DNA from: Cladosporium halotolerans
Taxonomy: Eukaryota
NCBI RefSeq assembly: GCF_011745625.1
Contig: NW_027191452.1
Span: forward strand, 806,001-870,000
Reading direction: 5' to 3'
DNA: 64,000 bases
Every line of letters starts with the position of its first letter. Position 1 is the first letter of the stretch. The notes beneath the pieces were generated by a model that was not told the DNA's origin, made no database searches, and was given only the letters and a program-made list of their open reading frames with translations. A program made the translations under genes and the position numbers. Below are positions 24,533 through 35,406 of this stretch, in pieces.

Positions 24533-27022
24533 CTAAGCGTTCTCGAACGGATTGCGGAAGATGATCGCACTGGTGTTCTCGAGTGGGATCTCGCGGAGCA
24601 GGTCGACACCCTCGATGGGGACGCCGTCGTTCTCGCCACCTTTGCGCATACCGAAGTCGATGATCAGGACGCGGCCGTCTTGACTAGTGGCGACAATGCG
24701 TCGATAGTCTGACTTGGCAGCGAGCATCCAGCTTGTGGTCCACTCTTCGGCGCGCCAGATCTCCTCGCCCGTCTCGAAGTCGTAGACGCGCAAGTCGAGA
24801 TCGTAAGAGCCGGAGACGACACGCTTGTTGGCGCTGTCGAGCCAGAGGGATCGCACCAGCTGAGAGTGACCGGTGAATTGAGCGACTTCGCGGCCGGTCT
24901 CGGTCTCGAACTTGTAGGTGATGTGGTCATTGCCGCCAGCGAGGACATACTTCATATCTTCGGAGAACTCGACTGCAGCGAGGCCACGTTCCTTAGCGGT
25001 GAACTCTTTGACAAGCTTATTGGTCTCAATGTTCCACAGGCGAGCGATGCCATCGCCGCTGGCGCTGACGAGGAACTTGCCGCGGAGCTGGACAGCATTG
25101 ACGGGGCCACGGTGGCCTTCAAGGGTACCCTTGATCTGGAAGGTCTCACGGTCCCAGACGAAGATCTTGCTGTCCTTGCTGCAGGAGATGATGTGCTTGG
25201 CGTCGAGAGCAACGTCGAGAACGCCGCCAGTGTGAGCGCGCAGACGCTGGATGGGTTCGTATGTCTTGATGTCCCAGACAATAAGATCGGAGTCCGAGGA
25301 CCCGGTGACCAGGATGTTCTCGTCGTATTGCAGGCAGAGAATGCTCGCGTCGTGCCAGTAGGCTGGGGTGTGGTAAATGCTGTTACCATAGACCGTGCCG
25401 TTGACGCTGGCCACGGCGCTGTGGAAGGATGGGTAGTCAACGGTGCGAAGTGGCTTCGGGCCTGGCACTGGCTTGACGTTAGGGCCGCCAATGACCCGGA
25501 TGCACTGCATGGTGTTGATATCCCAAACGCGGATAGTCCTGTCGCGGGAGCCAGTGATGATCTTCTCCTCGTCGAACTGTACACAGTAAACACTATCCGT
25601 GTGTCCAGAGAGGTATGTCGCCTTTCCAGACTGCTGCGCACCCATGCGCCATTGTCTCTCGAGCAGAGTGCGGGCACGGTACATCATCTTCCACTCTTGC
25701 TTGGGCATGTTCGGCTGGCCAGTACCAGGGCCGCCGACTTGCACGGGTGCAGGGTTTGTGTGAATCTGACGCTNNNNNNNNNNCTGCCAACGCCTGAAGA
25801 AGGCAGTGCGCCAAACAGACTCATCCTTGGCCAGGTGGTTCCAAGACCGACTGACTTGCGAGGCCGCGGCGAGCGAGGGACCGTCCAGGAGATCAAAGAT
25901 TGCAAGGTTGAGCTCTTGCGGAAGAATACTATTGACGAAGTCGATTCTTCCATCGTCAATGGGCAGAGGAGCTGGGGACATCTGGACGTCGCCGTCGCAA
26001 TCCCTCTGCGGAGAATCAAAACGGGCGTAGGTCGAAAGATCTGCTCCACTGTCTGCAGCGCTAGAAATAGATCCCAATCGCGAGCGTTGAGCGAAAGTGT
26101 CCTCTGGTGCGTCGCCTTCAACGGTGGTGTCAAAGCTGAAGTTTGTATTGAAGCGAGCAGCGGACTGCCTTGCGCTTTCACCACCGATGGGCCAGTTCAG
26201 CTTGGGCGCCGAGCGAGGGGCCTGGCCGAAGGGAGGAGCCGGAGTGTCCTTGCGCTCTGCGCTGGAAAGAGTAGCGGTGCGTGACTTCTTCGGGCGTTCG
26301 TCGCCGTGGATGCCGTTCCGCTTGGTGGGTGAGGTCTGCAAAGGAAGCAGCGAATCCGGGAAGAGTGAGTGGCTTCCCTCTGAGCCGCTGGGCTTCCTGC
26401 TCCTCAGGTATGTCTGACCACTGGTGATGTTTGTGCCAAAATCATGCATCTTCTTCACGGACCTGCTCAACCGACGACTCAGAGAGCTCTTGCGAGACGG
26501 CTCGTCGGCACTCGAAGGGGAGGTGGCGCCAGTCGGAGCGGTAACTGTGGCATTGGACGAGACACCAACGTGCGACAGGAAGCTCGATGAGCTCGGCTGT
26601 GAGTTTCCGATGGGCCTGGTGAGCTGTCTTCTCCGCGACCTCTGGCTGCGCCAAAATGCCAGCCTGGACTCCTCGGTCGGGAAGTGCGGATCGCGAAGGA
26701 CGTTCGGGTTATACTCCTGAGGGCGGAAGTCAGACCAGCTCATGCTCGGCATGTGAACCTTATTGCTGGAGGTGAAGTGGTCATCGTGGTCGGATGATGT
26801 TGAGAGGTCGGCGGCGGCATCGTCACGCGAGAGGGACGTCCTCCCGGCAGGTGCGCTGGAGAAATCAAGACCTTGCATGTGCTGCTGCTGCTGCTGCTCC
26901 TCCTCTTGTCGGGCCTGGCAGGGGTTGTTGAAAGGCATGGTGGACGAGTGCACGGTGTGTGGGCGCTGGTCGGGCATGCGCGGGCGTTGCAGGAAGGAAG
27001 ATCCAGAGTATTCGTAGTTCAT
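24533..27022 (-). CDS. F-box/WD40 SCF substrate receptor, FWD-1/beta-TrCP-like
   Basis: F-box ILPQELNLAIFDLLDGPSLAAASQVSRSW. WD repeats GHTDSVYCVQFDEEKIITGSRDRTIRVWD, HTGGVLDV, GHRGPVNAVQL..VSASGD and GHSQLVRSL. First ATG at 27022 (the ORF track extends to a TTG at 27166). Contains a 10-N gap. Confidence 0.9.
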   Translation of the reverse strand: MNYEYSGSSFLQRPRMPDQRPHTVHSSTMPFNNPCQARQEEEQQQQQHMQGLDFSSAPAGRTSLSRDDAAADLSTSSDHDDHFTSSNKVHMPSMSWSDFRPQEYNPNVLRDPHFPTEESRLAFWRSQRSRRRQLTRPIGNSQPSSSSFLSHVGVSSNATVTAPTGATSPSSADEPSRKSSLSRRLSRSVKKMHDFGTNITSGQTYLRSRKPSGSEGSHSLFPDSLLPLQTSPTKRNGIHGDERPKKSRTATLSSAERKDTPAPPFGQAPRSAPKLNWPIGGESARQSAARFNTNFSFDTTVEGDAPEDTFAQRSRLGSISSAADSGADLSTYARFDSPQRDCDGDVQMSPAPLPIDDGRIDFVNSILPQELNLAIFDLLDGPSLAAASQVSRSWNHLAKDESVWRTAFFRRWQXXXXRQIHTNPAPVQVGGPGTGQPNMPKQEWKMMYRARTLLERQWRMGAQQSGKATYLSGHTDSVYCVQFDEEKIITGSRDRTIRVWDINTMQCIRVIGGPNVKPVPGPKPLRTVDYPSFHSAVASVNGTVYGNSIYHTPAYWHDASILCLQYDENILVTGSSDSDLIVWDIKTYEPIQRLRAHTGGVLDVALDAKHIISCSKDSKIFVWDRETFQIKGTLEGHRGPVNAVQLRGKFLVSASGDGIARLWNIETNKLVKEFTAKERGLAAVEFSEDMKYVLAGGNDHITYKFETETGREVAQFTGHSQLVRSLWLDSANKRVVSGSYDLDLRVYDFETGEEIWRAEEWTTSWMLAAKSDYRRIVATSQDGRVLIIDFGMRKGGENDGVPIEGVDLLREIPLENTSAIIFRNPFENA
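25774..25783. other. Assembly gap (10 N)
   Basis: Run of n inside the F-box/WD40 CDS. Confidence 1.
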
Positions 27023-29167
27023 GACTGACAAGGCCGGCTGGTGGTAGTTGTAGTGCAGGATGGCTGATGGATTGGCGGCACTAGTGGCAGATGGCGCCCT
27101 CAACAGCGGTGAATGGGAGCGACACGCTGATCCGGGGAATGGAGTGACAGGTGCTGGAGGCTGCAACGGGGCTAGCGCTCAATGCCGCAGATAAAAATCA
27201 ACAGGAAGGAGCGAGGCGGGCTGCGCGGGTGGGCCGGCCGAGGCGGTGGTGGTGCAGCGGCGGTGGCGACGGAGAGACGATGATGGCGATGATGTGGTGC
27301 GATGCAATGTGATGCAGGAGGGCGGAGAAGTCGCGAGGTGCGGCGTGCAGGGGCGGAGAGCAGGCCGGAGCGCGAGGCGAGGGCGGTGCCTGGGGCGGCG
27401 GTGAAGCGGCCGGGGGTTGGCGCGGTAATGAACAGTGTAGCAGGCTGCGGGCGCGGTGGGAAATGAAGGAGTGGCTGCGTGCGAGCAGATGCAGATCCGG
27501 ATGGGATGGGTGTGTTGGGCTGGTCTCGGGCGTGGGCTTGGGCTTGGGGTGGCGGATTCGGCGGACGGGGAGGCAACGGCGGGCGCAGCTTTATGCGACA
27601 GGGGCGGCGGCGGGTGCGCGGCGGCCGAGCACGTCAGGCAGCGAAGGCTGTTGCGATGGTTTTGTAGGTTTTGTTACTCGCGGCGGCGGCGATTGGACGG
27701 CGAGCAGAGGGGCGGAGGGATTGGGCAAGGCGGTGGCACGAGCAGACATGAGCAGACATGAGCAGGCGTGCGCATCGGCGACGCAGCGTGCGGGTAATAA
27801 ACAACGATGGCGGTACGCCAGCGGCGCGGACGGGGTGCGGGCTGGAAAACTCTTGCAACTCGCGGCCGGCTCGCAGGTACCGCGGTAGCTCGTACCGTTC
27901 GATGCGCCGGCGGGAGGGCACACGACGCGCATTGCTGCTGCTGCTGCTGCTGTCTTGGAATTCTCTGCTCTGCTGCGCGCACCTTAGGCGCATAGGCGCA
28001 GTAGCGCCGCCCCAGGCCTCTCACGGCTCTCTGCCTCCGACTTCCTCTCCAGGCCATCCCGAGCTTCAACCCTCGACCCTCGACCCTCGACCAGCCCGCC
28101 CGGCGAATTGGATCTGCTGCCCGCCACGACTCAACATTCCATCATCGCCCTCATCACCCTCGATCTCTCGCAGCCTCGGACGACTGTTGCCCTCCCGCGC
28201 CGCGCAGGGCCCGCCCGCCGTCGCCTGCGCACACACGCACGCACGGAAACTTCGATGCGTCTGTCCGTTCACGCCTCGCTTCCCGACGTGTCTCAGGCGT
28301 TGCCACCTACACGCCGGCGCCGCACGTGGAAGCTCTGCCAGTCTGTGCCCGGCCGCCAGCCCCATACCCGACTCCTCGGCCGCCCACCAGACCTGAGCCT
28401 TAATCCGCGCCTGGTATGACGCTGCGGCGCCGGATCGCGCCACTGCGTGAAACTCTCGGTGCCCTGAGTCGGTTTTGTGTTTGCTGATGGTCATCCCGGC
28501 ACTGCGCTGTGCGCTGCCACCGTCAGACACCTGCTACCTCCATGCGGTGCACGTACTGTAGATAAAATATATGCGGCAAGAATCCTGCACACGATCCTGC
28601 GTGTCGTGGCTTGCATCGCTGGCGCTGCACACGAATCGTGGCTCGCCCCCGTCTCCTGTCTGCACCGCTGTTTCGCATGCCGTCTGCCCTACCGTGCATG
28701 CTTTTCCCTGCCGCCAGCGCATCCACGTCCGTGTCGTGTCAGCCCGTTCACTCGCCGCCCTGCGCCCATCCGAGCCATCCTTCCCTTGTCCCACGCCATG
28801 GTACGGCCCGCCGTCACGACGCCCACGCTATCTTTGGAAGCTGGCCAGTCTGGCAACTACCCCGGCGTCGCCCGCGTGCTGCTCGCCTGGTACCGCTGCT
28901 GCGCCGTCTGGACCGACTAGTCGTGACGCGCGACAGCCTCTCGTTTCACTCTTACCAGACTTCACTTCTGCTGCCCTGCACCACTCACCACACGCCTCTG
29001 CACTGCCGCATCGCACTTGTTCCACGCACTGACTGCTCGCCCGCCCTTCACCTTCTGCATTTGCACATTGCACGGCCAGCTCCGCTCGCATATCACTCGA
29101 TACCCGCACTTGCCGTAGAGACTACCAGGTACTACCAGGTACTACCACCTTCTGCACCGACGCCCAC

Positions 29168-29707
29168 ATGGCAGGGTCGCCCACGTCAGCCGTCTCAGCT
29201 CGAGCCTCCGGGCCCAGCAGCGGCATCCCTCTGCTCTACCGGCTCTTCTTCCTGTACATCGAGCCCGTAGCCACCGCGGTCGGGGCCTACTACGCCGCGC
29301 TCGACCAGCGGGCCTACATGCACCTGACGCTGCCCTCCGCCACCGGCTCCCTCTTCGGCACGACCGTCTCCACGCGCGAGTCCATCGTCCTCAACCAGCT
29401 CGCCAACATGTACTTCGTCTTCGCGCTCAACGAGGCCCTCGTGCTGCGCGCGACGAGCGACCTGCGCGTCTGGAAGGTCTTCCTCCTGGGCCTGCTCATC
29501 GCCGACTTCGGGCACCTCGCGAGCGTCGCGCCCAAGAGCCTCGAGCTCTACTACCGCTTCTGGGAGTGGAACTCGATCGACGCGGGCAACCTTGGCTTCG
29601 TGTACGTCGGGGCGGCGATGCGGACGTGCTTCCTGCTGGGCGTTGGCTTCGCCGCCGCTCAGACCGGCCAGAAGAAGAAGAAAGCTTCCTCCAAGTCGAA
29701 GAGGTAA
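29168..29707 (+). CDS. Small four-TM fungal membrane protein of unknown function
   Basis: 179 aa with four hydrophobic segments, a conserved-looking ADFGHL motif and a Lys-rich tail. High GC3. Confidence 0.8.
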   Translation: MAGSPTSAVSARASGPSSGIPLLYRLFFLYIEPVATAVGAYYAALDQRAYMHLTLPSATGSLFGTTVSTRESIVLNQLANMYFVFALNEALVLRATSDLRVWKVFLLGLLIADFGHLASVAPKSLELYYRFWEWNSIDAGNLGFVYVGAAMRTCFLLGVGFAAAQTGQKKKKASSKSKR

Positions 29708-31007
29708 ACTTGCAGAAACGAGGGCGAGTACGAAAGTGAAATCAATCAGAACGACCCCCGCCGAATAGTATTTGCCTTGCGCGCCTTCGGGCGCCGCGGT
29801 TCGCCGGCGCTGGAGGCGTGCCTGGAAGCTTGCCGTGCGCTCGGGATCCTGCTTCGCCGCTGATTCGCAGCGGCGTGATTGGCGCCGGCCTTGTTATGCT
29901 GCTGCTGCTTGCTGGCGACTGCCCGCAAGGCGTTCTGCGCCAGTGGTCGACAGCTGTGCGCGATTCCGGGCAGCTGGTCATGCTCCCCAGCTCTCAGGTC
30001 TCAGGCTTGCGGTTCTGCGGCGTAGCCTAGATCTGGCGGCTGCTGGGGGTTCCGCGGCGAGCCCAAGGCACGCGCGCAAGTACCGAATCCTTCCAATGTC
30101 AAATATTGCATCTCGGATCGTAGTGTAGCCGGCTGTTGCCGTCGAGCAAATGACGCCGCCGTGAATATGGTACACATCGAGCCTACATGTACAATCGCAG
30201 TTCTAGAACCACGCACATGCAGCGTGTTCGCAGGGCGCCGCCGATCCTGTCTTCACCGTGACGTGCGCCCGCCTCGACCCGGTTGGAAATGACAAGGCAT
30301 GTGTGATTGCAGGAAGCGTCAGAAGCTCCTCCAACCTGTTCGTCTTCATCGGAGATCATGCACAGCAGACTTGCGTGTATGCATGCATGCACACATCGTC
30401 GCCAGAACGCAGCATCACGTGAGAGCACTGCACTGCGCTTGTTAGTACTGCCCTCCGCACCGAAATGCCACTGCTGGCTTCGACGAGCCGAGGTTGCAGC
30501 ACTCATCAGCCCCCGTCTTCGCCTCGCTTGCGGCAGAACCCTGGCTTCATGTAGGCATATTGTTCGGCGGTTGATGCGGGATGCGAGCACCCGCTAGTCT
30601 TGATGGCGATTTCAGCCAGTGAGGAGTCGGTGTTGTTGGTACGGGCCGCGATGCTGTGATTTCTTTGCTACAAACTGCGACAGATTGCTTCACGGCGCTC
30701 GCGAGAGATGAGATGTCGAATCGAATGTTGGGTTTAAGAGAGGCGTGGTTCAGCAGAATATGTAGTATGGTCCTGGAAAACTGACGAAGATGAAGGTTCA
30801 CTTAGTTGTAGCTTTTTCGACGACGTCTGCTATCTAGCTATATTGTGTGCTAACCCAAGGAACTTTGCCACTTCTCCGATTATCGAATTGATGCTTGGGG
30901 TGAGAACACGCGACGCCCGACCTCTCCTCATCAATCAGCTCCTCAGATGATGAAAGTCATTGCGACGCTTCGCTTGCATCACCCAAACAACAAACCACCA
31001 TCACCCT

Positions 31008-32582
31008 TCACACCTCGCCAACAACAACCTCAACACTCCCCGACCCCGTCCTAGCCTCAATCTTCCCGTCCCCATCCCCCTTATGCGCCGTGACTCTCTT
31101 CCCGACACCCCCCTCCACCCCATCAACAACAACCCCCTCCCCCACAACCCTAACACTCCCACTCCCCGACTCCCCCACGACCCTCCCCTCCCACTCCCCA
31201 GGATACACCACCTCCACCGACCCGGACCCAGCACTCTCATGCACCGCCCTCAACCCCCCTCCCGCGCCCAGAACCCTCACCTCCGTCGCCCCGCTCCTGC
31301 TCTCCGTCCTCAGCACCCCGCGCCCCGCGCCCTCCATCTCCACACCCACCACCTCCGCCCTGACACTCCCGCTCTCGGACCCCAACTCCGTCTCCGCCCC
31401 AAGCACATACCGCCCGCCAACCGCCCCCAAAACCGTGCGCACTCTCGTCCGGTACTCGCGGCGCGGCAGGTCCGCCGTCTCGAACGCGGCGCGCACGCTG
31501 CCCGAGCGTGTCGAGGCGGTGAAGCGCGCGGGCTCCGGGTGCGAGGCGTCGGCGGAGCCGGGGAGGATGGAGACGTCGATGGAGCCGGAGGCGGAGGTGA
31601 GGAGGAGGGAGTCGAGGAGGGGGAAGGAGCCGGCGATCGGGGTTGTGGTTGTGTGGATCGCTGTGTGGCGGGCGGGGCGGTGGGGGAGGGAGGTTATGGC
31701 GAGGTTGGTGGTGCGGAGGGTGAGGTTTTGGAGGGGGCTGGTTGGTTTGATGAGGATTTTGGCGGTGATTTGGAGGCTTGGTGGGGAGGCGGGGGCCGGC
31801 TGGTCGTGGGTGAGGTGGGGGTATTGGAGGTGGAGGGAGGATTCGGTGATCTTGAGACGGGGCATTGCGAGGTGCCATTGCTGAGGTGTAGTGTAGGATA
31901 CGCTGACGGTCACCTCGGATGATTGGTGTTCAGGCGCTGCCTCGATGGAGAGAGAGCCTGTCACGCTCGGCTCAGAGCCTGAGTGGGTCTCGAGGTCTTC
32001 CAGGAATGAGAAATGCTCCAGGTTGTCGAAATGGAACGCGAAGCCGTCCGATGTGTTTGGCGGCGACTCGCGCAAACGATGGCAAGCTGGCCAGCTGAAG
32101 AGTCCATGAGAAGAGTGATATCGGATCAAGAGCCACCCGCAAATCGCTGCGAGCACGAGGACCCAACGACGCCAGCTCCCGAAGCCCAGGCAACTTCTAA
32201 GGCTGTGACAATGCGGACCTTGACGACTCGAGTCTAAATCTTTTTCTAGTTCAGCTGGCTCATGGTACCAAGTTTGTTGGCTTTCCTTCTTTGGTGGGTG
32301 TGTCTCTGGAATTGGGAGCACATGTCTAGGAGGTAGTTGGACGGGCCGGACACCTGCTCTGCAACAAACGAAGGGCGCTTGTGCGTAAGCTGGAGGATTC
32401 GGAGGGCTTTGAACGTTTGGTGTGATTTCCTCGCCCTGCCTTGTCACGGGATCGGGCTTCGGAATAGCGGAACTCGTCAAGGGCGTTCCGTGTTGATTCG
32501 CAAGTAAGCCGTCGTCTAGCTGCAATCTAGGGCTGTATGTGGTGGATTTAGCATCTTCAGTCGCATCGAAATGGTAAGCCAT
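31008..32582 (-). CDS. Type II membrane protein with a C-terminal putative adhesin (DUF4097-like) beta-repeat domain
   Basis: 524 aa. TM segment RRWVLVLAAICGWLLIRY, then repeated T/S-x-SGS-V/I-x-V motifs (SASGSIDV, TRSGSVRA, SESGSVRA, SRSGATEV, TGSGSVEV). Confidence 0.75.
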   Translation of the reverse strand: MAYHFDATEDAKSTTYSPRLQLDDGLLANQHGTPLTSSAIPKPDPVTRQGEEITPNVQSPPNPPAYAQAPFVCCRAGVRPVQLPPRHVLPIPETHPPKKESQQTWYHEPAELEKDLDSSRQGPHCHSLRSCLGFGSWRRWVLVLAAICGWLLIRYHSSHGLFSWPACHRLRESPPNTSDGFAFHFDNLEHFSFLEDLETHSGSEPSVTGSLSIEAAPEHQSSEVTVSVSYTTPQQWHLAMPRLKITESSLHLQYPHLTHDQPAPASPPSLQITAKILIKPTSPLQNLTLRTTNLAITSLPHRPARHTAIHTTTTPIAGSFPLLDSLLLTSASGSIDVSILPGSADASHPEPARFTASTRSGSVRAAFETADLPRREYRTRVRTVLGAVGGRYVLGAETELGSESGSVRAEVVGVEMEGAGRGVLRTESRSGATEVRVLGAGGGLRAVHESAGSGSVEVVYPGEWEGRVVGESGSGSVRVVGEGVVVDGVEGGVGKRVTAHKGDGDGKIEARTGSGSVEVVVGEV

Positions 32583-33629
32583 AACCGTATGAATTCGTCA
32601 GTGTGTCAATAAAACAAACGCAGCCGGAAAGGATGCCTCCCATTTTGTATCAGACGACGGCGAGCTGAAGCCATAATATTCGACGCCTCCTTGCGTGCAT
32701 CCCACGCGGGCACCCGGCACAGGTGATCACTGCGCGCAGGCGACGAGAAAGTCTCCCACGAAATCCTCCCACGTTCATGCAAGCCTCGCGCGGGTTCCCG
32801 CCCGTTGGCTCTAGGGTTGCACTTGTTTGCGACGCGTCGCACCCGGCAAACCACCCGCCGTGCATGGCGAGACGAGAGCGCAACGACGTCCCAAATCCCG
32901 GGTTTTCGTGGATGCAACAGGCTGCCGATTGCTCGGTCATGCACTCCGGGTGGAAGCTGTAGGGTACGACGACAGCTTGCGCCTCAGGACAGGAGACATG
33001 TCCCTCATCGTGGAGCTATTGCGCATCCCACCGCGCTTGCTGCGGGCGGGAGAAGGCAGGGATCCGGATCCCCCGCACCTCATCGCAGAGGGAGTGGATC
33101 TCGTGGCACCCAACACCAGCGATGTCCCAGACCGGAAGTCACAGGACGTGGAGGGGGTCGAGAGATCATTGTGAGGGAAAATTCACGCCTGAGGCACGAC
33201 ATGTGGGCAATGGCTTTTAGACCAAGCTGCGCGCAACACCTCGCGACAGGTCTTTTATTGATGTGGTCCTAGGGCACGGTCGCGTGCGGCGCTAGAAACG
33301 CTCAGCGTGTTGAGGTGTGACGTTTGTCGCCTCGATCCTCCTGCAGCGCCGCGATGCGCTCGTCTCGCCCCGAATTTGCTCTCTCGATCACTCGCCACGA
33401 AGGCCGATGTGCACCACACGCATGCCTGATATCACGCGTGCGGCGTGCCTCGTAGCCGTTGGTGAGTGCTCCGTCCACTCGACGCCATTATTATTGTGGG
33501 TGTACAGCCCCTTCGCAACGTAGCCAAGGCTAGCAGGCCCATGGCAATCTCAATCGCTTTGTCCTGTTTCCTGCTGCGTCCCTGTTTTGAACCTCTTCCT
33601 CAATCGCTTGCTCGCCATCCGCTGTTTTC

Positions 33630-34019
33630 ATGCCTGGAATCATCTCGCCCACTGATCGGCCCCCTCCTTTGCGACGGACAAACACAGCCATCCAAAGCCC
33701 TTTGCGCAACGTCACTCTCCAGAGCGATGTGCAGCCGCCCACCGACCCTATCACTTCGCGACGCATTCGCCGCGAGGCGAATCGCATACCGTTGAACCAA
33801 GCGGTCACAAACGCCCTGAACACATCTGAAGAAGTCGACTTGTTCCCAAACGTTACCGCAACCGCGACGCCGCGCTCGTGCCGCCAGAACCCACAGGTCT
33901 CATCAGACAGACGCAGGACGTCTGTCAATGACACCGCTTCACCAAAGATCCCACCCGTCGACCCGCTGCCAACTGAGGTAGATGAACGGCAGTCTGAACA
34001 AGCTGCACATGTGACTTGA
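33630..34019 (+). CDS. Possible small disordered hypothetical protein
   Basis: 129-aa ATG-initiated ORF with plausible Pro/Thr/Arg-rich composition in an otherwise empty interval. A possible intron lies near its 3' end (GTAGAT...GACAG). No recognisable domain. Confidence 0.25.
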   Translation: MPGIISPTDRPPPLRRTNTAIQSPLRNVTLQSDVQPPTDPITSRRIRREANRIPLNQAVTNALNTSEEVDLFPNVTATATPRSCRQNPQVSSDRRRTSVNDTASPKIPPVDPLPTEVDERQSEQAAHVT

Positions 34020-34704
34020 CAGTGTTTGCATCTGGCCAACCTCAAGAGTGCTATGTTGCTCGACTTTGGGATCGGGATCGCGGCCACATGCACTTTCGTG
34101 GCCAGGCTCCCAAGAATCCGCCGTGCTATTTGGCCAAATGGCCGGGTATCCGTTTGATTGTGCAAGGATACATGCTACGAGGAACGAAGACACGAAGCTT
34201 CACGGAATACTTTTCTGTCATATTTTGATTAGAGATACCCATGAAAATAGAAAGATAATTCGTCGATGTTGGGGAATTAGACGGGCGCATGTTGCCAGGT
34301 TCATCAGCTGAAAACATTCGGATTTTTTGTCTTCACGATACAATTCACCCTCCGGTACACGATTTCAGTTGCTTCTGACCTGAACAACCATGCCATTCGT
34401 GTTTGACTTGCAAAATCATCTGCGAGCGAAGGCGTTCCACGCATGTTGTATTCAGATATCAGATGGGCACACGCCAATGGAGCAGGATGTACATACAGAT
34501 AAGCGCTGCCCGAAATCGAAAGCGTCTACTATCAATCAAAGTACGTCATTGATGCTGTTGATTGACCGCTTACCTAGGTATGAGGTACTCAAGAATTGTT
34601 TCCACAAGTCACGGCTTTCAATTCTCAAAGATTCAACTTTCTGAATTTATTGGGGGCATTTCTCATTTAGCACCTCTCAGGATAAAGATTTTCGAGATAG
34701 CGTC

Positions 34705-35406
34705 ATGCTGTTCCGAGCTCTCGCGGTGCTAGCAGTAACAACGGCGGCGGCGGCGGCCCACGGTCATGATAGCCACGCCCACGAGCAGTCCATCCTCGCC
34801 AATGACGAAATCACCGTAAATCTGGACGTAAGAGAACACTGGATGCGAGTAGCCATCCAAGCCCTCTACGACCTGGTCTCGCCCTGTCCGTTCAGCGCAT
34901 TCGGCACGGCCGTAGTCAACCACACTTCCTCCACCGGACCTGGCGAACTCATCTGCATCGCAGCAAACACCATCGCGGACGACGGCAACCCGACCCTGCA
35001 CGGCGAGATAGCAGCCATCAACAACTGTACCACGGTCCTGCGGGATTCAGACGGCCCCTTCAAGCTGTCGCCGGAAGAAACGAGCCAGGCCTGGAAGCAT
35101 CTCAGCCTGTACACCACCGCGGAAGCCTGCCCCATGTGTGCCACCGCTATCCGATGGGCTGGATTCAAGGAATATGTTTACGCCACGAGCAGCGAGACGC
35201 TCATGGAATCTGGCTGGCCTCAGATGAGTATCAACAGCAGGGAGGTCTTTCGCAGGAGCGGCATGGTTGAGCCCTCTACGGCCATCTTGACTGATGTTCT
35301 GTATGGAGAGACGGATCCATTGTTCAGCTGGCAGTTCGACTCTCGCGCACCATGTCCGGCGGGCTGCTCACGCCGTGTACAGGGCGAGGCGTGTAGTCCT
35401 TTGTAG
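34705..35406 (+). CDS. Secreted cytidine/guanine deaminase-like zinc protein
   Basis: Signal peptide MLFRALAVLAVTTAAAAA. Deaminase motifs PFSAFGTAVV, LHGEIAAI (HxE) and TTAEACPMCA (CxxC). Confidence 0.85.
   Translation: MLFRALAVLAVTTAAAAAHGHDSHAHEQSILANDEITVNLDVREHWMRVAIQALYDLVSPCPFSAFGTAVVNHTSSTGPGELICIAANTIADDGNPTLHGEIAAINNCTTVLRDSDGPFKLSPEETSQAWKHLSLYTTAEACPMCATAIRWAGFKEYVYATSSETLMESGWPQMSINSREVFRRSGMVEPSTAILTDVLYGETDPLFSWQFDSRAPCPAGCSRRVQGEACSPL

Noticed and set aside
24866..26284. 472-aa plus-strand ORF
   Set aside because: Antisense shadow of the F-box/WD40 gene.
27172..29110. Many overlapping 60-220 aa ORFs
   Set aside because: GC-rich divergent promoter/leader region with low-complexity translations and no consistent coding frame.
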